DNA of 64,000 bases from an uncultured Fidelibacterota bacterium (GTDB lineage: Bacteria; Fidelibacterota; Marinisomatia; Marinisomatales; UBA1611): positions 13,727 through 77,726 of the forward strand of contig CAJWHW010000006.1 in assembly GCA_913040915.1 (NCBI GenBank), given 5' to 3'. A program made the position numbers and the translations under genes. The notes below the pieces were generated by a model. The model ran no database searches, was not told the DNA's origin, and saw nothing but the letters and a program-made list of their open reading frames with translations. This document shows, one piece after another, positions 60,315-64,000 of the stretch (position 1 is its first letter; each line of letters opens with the position of its first letter).

Positions 60315-62450
60315 ATGGCTGAGACACCTGCAAATTTGAATCTTATTAAAATTGTCCACCATTGTCTTATTACTCTATTTCTGGGCATGATCCTTGTGTT
60401 TGGGGTTGTAATATTCTTAGCAAGAGATCTTCCATCTCTGGAACAGTTGGAGAATTATGATCCGGATTTAGTAACTCGCATCTATTCGGCAGATGGTGTC
60501 GTACTTAATGAATTATTTGTTCAAAAACGTGTCTTTGTTGAATTACACAGGATACCCGAATATATGAAAAATGCGGTTATTGCTTCGGAAGACAGAAGGT
60601 TTTATGATCATTGGGGACTATCTTTGAGAAGTGTTGCAAGGGCAATTGTAGTTAATACGCTTTCAATGAGTTACCGTCAGGGTTTTTCTACCCTTACGCA
60701 GCAGTTGGCACGCAATTTATATAAATCTGTTGGGTTTGAAGATAGTATAATCCGTAAGATGAAAGAAGTCATTACTGCAATCCAAATTGAGCGCACGTAT
60801 ACGAAAGATGAAATTCTGGAAATGTATTTGAACACAGTACACTTTGGTCATGGCACATATGGAGTGGAAGCGGCGACAAAACGATTTTTTGGAAAAGTAT
60901 CAAAAGAACTATCTATTGATGAGGCAGCATTGCTGGTTGGGCTTCTGCCCGCGCCGGCAAGTTATTCACCAATTCATCATCCTGAAAGGGCTATTCGCCG
61001 TCGGAATACTGTTCTTCGTTTGATGAAAGATCAGCAGTATATCCAGGTTGGTACTTACGAAGAAAACAGAGTAAAAACTCTGGATACAGTTCAGGATCTG
61101 CCTAAACGGGGGATGGCTCCCTACTTCACTGAGTATATTCGGAGATTGCTTGAAAAAGAAGATGAAGTTCTAGATATAAATATTTATCGGGACGGATTGA
61201 AAATTTACACCACATTGGATTCGCGCCTGCAGTCCATTGCAGAGAATGCTGTTATGCAGGTAGTTGAAGCGGATCAGAAAAGGCTAAATAAACGTCTATT
61301 TAGAAACAAAGAAGAATTTGAAGATCTGGCTTATTTAACGATTTATCCTGAAGATACGCTTAAACTCATGATGCAGGGCGAAAAGGAATTATATAAAGAT
61401 CTCCGGGATAAACTATTAGTCCAATGTGCTTTTGTTGCTATTGATCCTAAAACTGGTAACATTCTAGCTATGGTAGGCGGTAGGCCTGATTATCATGATC
61501 AATATAATCGTGCAGTACAGGCTCGGCGACAGCCTGGTTCTGTTTTTAAACCATTTGTATACACAACTGCCATAGAAAATGGCTATCCGATCACAGAACA
61601 ATTATTAAATCAGCCTGTGGTATTGAATGTACAGAATGTGGATGGCTCATGGGTTAAATGGAAACCACAAAATTATGATGGAAGCACAGGCGGACTCACC
61701 ACATTGCGGGAAGGATTGCGGAAATCAATGAACCTGATCTCTGTCCGTATGGTTCAGCAGGATATTGCACCGGCGGAGCAGGTAAAAAGAACTGCACAGC
61801 GTATGGGCATCTCAACGGATATCCGAGCAGTTGATGCAATTGCACTTGGTACGTCTGAAGTATATCCTCTGGAAATGGTTTCTGCCTATGCAGCATATGC
61901 GAATCGAGGCGTGTATTCTAAACCAATTGCCATTACTAGAATAGAAGATAGGTATGGCAATATACTGAAGGAATATTTTCCGGAAAGAAGGGAAGTTTTG
62001 AGTGAAGAGACAGCATATTTAATGACAAGCTTACTTCAAACAGTTATGGATCGCGGAACCGGCGGAAGTGCACGATGGAAGTATAAATTTAACCGGCCGG
62101 CAGCTGGAAAGACTGGTACAACTCAAGGTTGGAGTGATGCCTGGTTTGTAGGTTTTACACCACAGATTGCTGCTGGTGTCTGGTTTGGTGTGGATGATTT
62201 TCGAGTGCCATTAGGCCCGGGACAAGATGGATCTCAGGCTGCGTTGCCTGCCTGGGCTATGTTCATGCGGGATGCACATGATACCCTAGATTTTCCCAAT
62301 CAAAAATTTGAAAAACCTAAAGGTGTTATATATAAGCAGATCTGTTCCGTTTCAAAAAAAGTGCCACTGCCTGCTTGTCCAGTTGAGAAAGAAATGTTTA
62401 AAGAAGGAACCCAGCCAACCCAGAAGTGCAGGATTCATCGTACGGGTTAA
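60315..62450 (+). CDS. mrcA: Class A penicillin-binding protein 1A
   Basis: EDRRFY.H.G, STLTQQL; SVFK, SMN, KTGT. Confidence 0.93.
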   Translation: MAETPANLNLIKIVHHCLITLFLGMILVFGVVIFLARDLPSLEQLENYDPDLVTRIYSADGVVLNELFVQKRVFVELHRIPEYMKNAVIASEDRRFYDHWGLSLRSVARAIVVNTLSMSYRQGFSTLTQQLARNLYKSVGFEDSIIRKMKEVITAIQIERTYTKDEILEMYLNTVHFGHGTYGVEAATKRFFGKVSKELSIDEAALLVGLLPAPASYSPIHHPERAIRRRNTVLRLMKDQQYIQVGTYEENRVKTLDTVQDLPKRGMAPYFTEYIRRLLEKEDEVLDINIYRDGLKIYTTLDSRLQSIAENAVMQVVEADQKRLNKRLFRNKEEFEDLAYLTIYPEDTLKLMMQGEKELYKDLRDKLLVQCAFVAIDPKTGNILAMVGGRPDYHDQYNRAVQARRQPGSVFKPFVYTTAIENGYPITEQLLNQPVVLNVQNVDGSWVKWKPQNYDGSTGGLTTLREGLRKSMNLISVRMVQQDIAPAEQVKRTAQRMGISTDIRAVDAIALGTSEVYPLEMVSAYAAYANRGVYSKPIAITRIEDRYGNILKEYFPERREVLSEETAYLMTSLLQTVMDRGTGGSARWKYKFNRPAAGKTGTTQGWSDAWFVGFTPQIAAGVWFGVDDFRVPLGPGQDGSQAALPAWAMFMRDAHDTLDFPNQKFEKPKGVIYKQICSVSKKVPLPACPVEKEMFKEGTQPTQKCRIHRTG

Positions 62451-62453
62451 AAC

Positions 62454-63821
62454 TTACGATTTAGATTCTTTTTTATTAAAAATTGACAGCAAAGAAATAG
62501 GAGCTCTTTCTCTAACCGTGTGGAGTGTAAGGTAGAGAGCCACTGTTAGTAGTACAGCGTTAGGTACCCACATGCCAACACTCGCTGAAACTTGATTTCT
62601 GTCCGCCAGTTCTTCTCCTGCAATCAAAAGAACATAGTAGAGTAGAAAAAATCCAAAACTTAAACTTGTACTTACAGCAAACCCTCCTTTTTTTGCCATG
62701 ACGCCCAATGGTGCACCTAGTAAAACAAATAAAATACAGGCAAATGGAATCGAGAACTTTTTGTGAATTTCAACTCTATATTTATTCTTCCCTTTATGGT
62801 AACTGCTTAGAAGCCCAAATTCATTTTTTAACTGCCGTTCAAGACTTCGTAATTGACGCTCTTTTTTTGCTAAATGATTTTTGGAAATTGTCGTATCAGA
62901 TCGTATAGTTTTTCGGGTTGATTCTATGATCGATTTTCCAGCATCAATACTCTCAGGACGAATGCTGTCTCCTAAGGTACGATAAAATGCGCCTGCCATC
63001 CGTGCGTTTACTACTCGGATTTTTTCTTGGTAATTTTCAATTTTCTCCAATATCATAGGCACAGTCATTTCCCGATCGGTACGGTTAGATGAATCTCTAC
63101 GGTTTAATATAATATCATCCGCAGGGATAATGATCTTGTTGGTCTCGAAAATAATTCGCCTATAGTTTGTAAAATCATCGGCTTCCAATTCATGGATCTC
63201 ACCATCATAGAGAGTAAGTAAAAAAGCATCTGCAAGTGTGGAAAGGGTTCCGTTTTTGGCATGAATACTGGTTTGGGATTCCTGTTTCCCTTTAGAAAAA
63301 ATCCGAACATCTGACATTATTTCACCAGACTTTGCACCAATAATCATGCTGTAATCTGGTAAATTATCTATAAAGATTCCCGGTTCAATATTCATTCCTG
63401 GCCGTTTACGATAAATATCGCCTGAAAGAAGCCGTGCCCTGAAATTCATTTCCGGTAAAATGTAGTTATTGAAATAAATCAAGAGCATTGCTACTGTAAT
63501 TCCGAACATGAGGGGTGCCCGAATAATGGATAGAAAACCCATCCCAGAGGCACGCATGGCATTGATTTCGTTATCTTCGGAAAGGCGACCAAAAGACATG
63601 AGGGTTGCCAGTAGGACAGCCATGGGTACAGAAAGGGCAATGATCCAGGCCAAATTAAGAAATAGATATTCCATAATAGTAAGAATGCTGAGTCCCTTAC
63701 CTAAAAAGCGGTCAATTGCACGTAAAAGAAAATTTATAAACAACAGAAAAGTGATCATCAGTAGAGATAGAATAAAAGGCATGATCATTTCGCGAATAAA
63801 ATATCTGGATAGAAGTCGCAT
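62454..63821 (-). CDS. lptF: LptF/LptG-family LPS export permease
   Basis: MRLLSRY, SEDNEINAMRASG, EIHKKFSIPFAC, MWVPN; start reassigned to ATG 63821. Confidence 0.85.
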   Translation of the reverse strand: MRLLSRYFIREMIMPFILSLLMITFLLFINFLLRAIDRFLGKGLSILTIMEYLFLNLAWIIALSVPMAVLLATLMSFGRLSEDNEINAMRASGMGFLSIIRAPLMFGITVAMLLIYFNNYILPEMNFRARLLSGDIYRKRPGMNIEPGIFIDNLPDYSMIIGAKSGEIMSDVRIFSKGKQESQTSIHAKNGTLSTLADAFLLTLYDGEIHELEADDFTNYRRIIFETNKIIIPADDIILNRRDSSNRTDREMTVPMILEKIENYQEKIRVVNARMAGAFYRTLGDSIRPESIDAGKSIIESTRKTIRSDTTISKNHLAKKERQLRSLERQLKNEFGLLSSYHKGKNKYRVEIHKKFSIPFACILFVLLGAPLGVMAKKGGFAVSTSLSFGFFLLYYVLLIAGEELADRNQVSASVGMWVPNAVLLTVALYLTLHTVRERAPISLLSIFNKKESKS

Positions 63822-63948
63822 AGTAGAAATTACAATATTATGGGACTCATAAAGTTTCAATAATTCGCTGGAATTTTTCTTCGAAACAGAATTGAAACCA
63901 TTTAATTTCCTCCGCTTTGAATCAACTCATGTTGATCAAAAGACGAAT

Positions 63949-64000
63949 GGTGGGTGTAGCTCAGCTGGTTAGAGCACCTGGTTGTGGCCCAGGAGGCCGT
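63949..64000 (+). tRNA. tRNA-His(GUG), 3' end cut by the window edge
   Basis: G-1 plus GTGGGTG acceptor arm; D-arm GCTCAGCTGGTTAGAGC; anticodon stem cctgg/ccagg with GTG at 63984-63986. Confidence 0.92.

Overview
Low-GC, densely coding bacterial chromosome segment. The gene set (DUF3467, DUF2480, GlmU-like protein, FlgD/T9SS-type C-terminal domain, acidic Ca-binding repeat proteins) points to an FCB-group marine bacterium, most likely Marinimicrobia; this is an inference. Most of the window is housekeeping: trmH, queG, elbB, mdh, rpmA/rplU, rne/rng, cysQ, thyX, birA, split methylmalonyl-CoA mutase, djlA, etfBA plus an ETF:quinone oxidoreductase, a full suf operon under an IscR-like regulator, korAB, fumC, PBP1A, lptF and the 5' part of tRNA-His. 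Several features are missed or mis-called by the ORF track: a selenocysteine-containing selD (in-frame UGA with SECIS-like hairpin), a decayed ECF sigma gene fused by deletion to an anti-sigma HEAT fragment, a radC pseudogene, a 1-nt frameshift in rplU, a 41-aa membrane sORF, an IscR-type operator and a structured rne leader. The best candidates for an undescribed system are (i) an operon of fused E1 2-oxoacid dehydrogenase, FabD-like acyltransferase, homocitrate synthase and glutaryl-CoA dehydrogenase with no E2/E3, and (ii) an acidic secreted protein paired with a 1388-aa TonB-dependent receptor carrying about 550 aa of Asp/Gly-rich Ca-binding-like loop insertions. No CRISPR array, transposase or prophage was seen. 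All family calls come from motif recognition by eye, not database searches.
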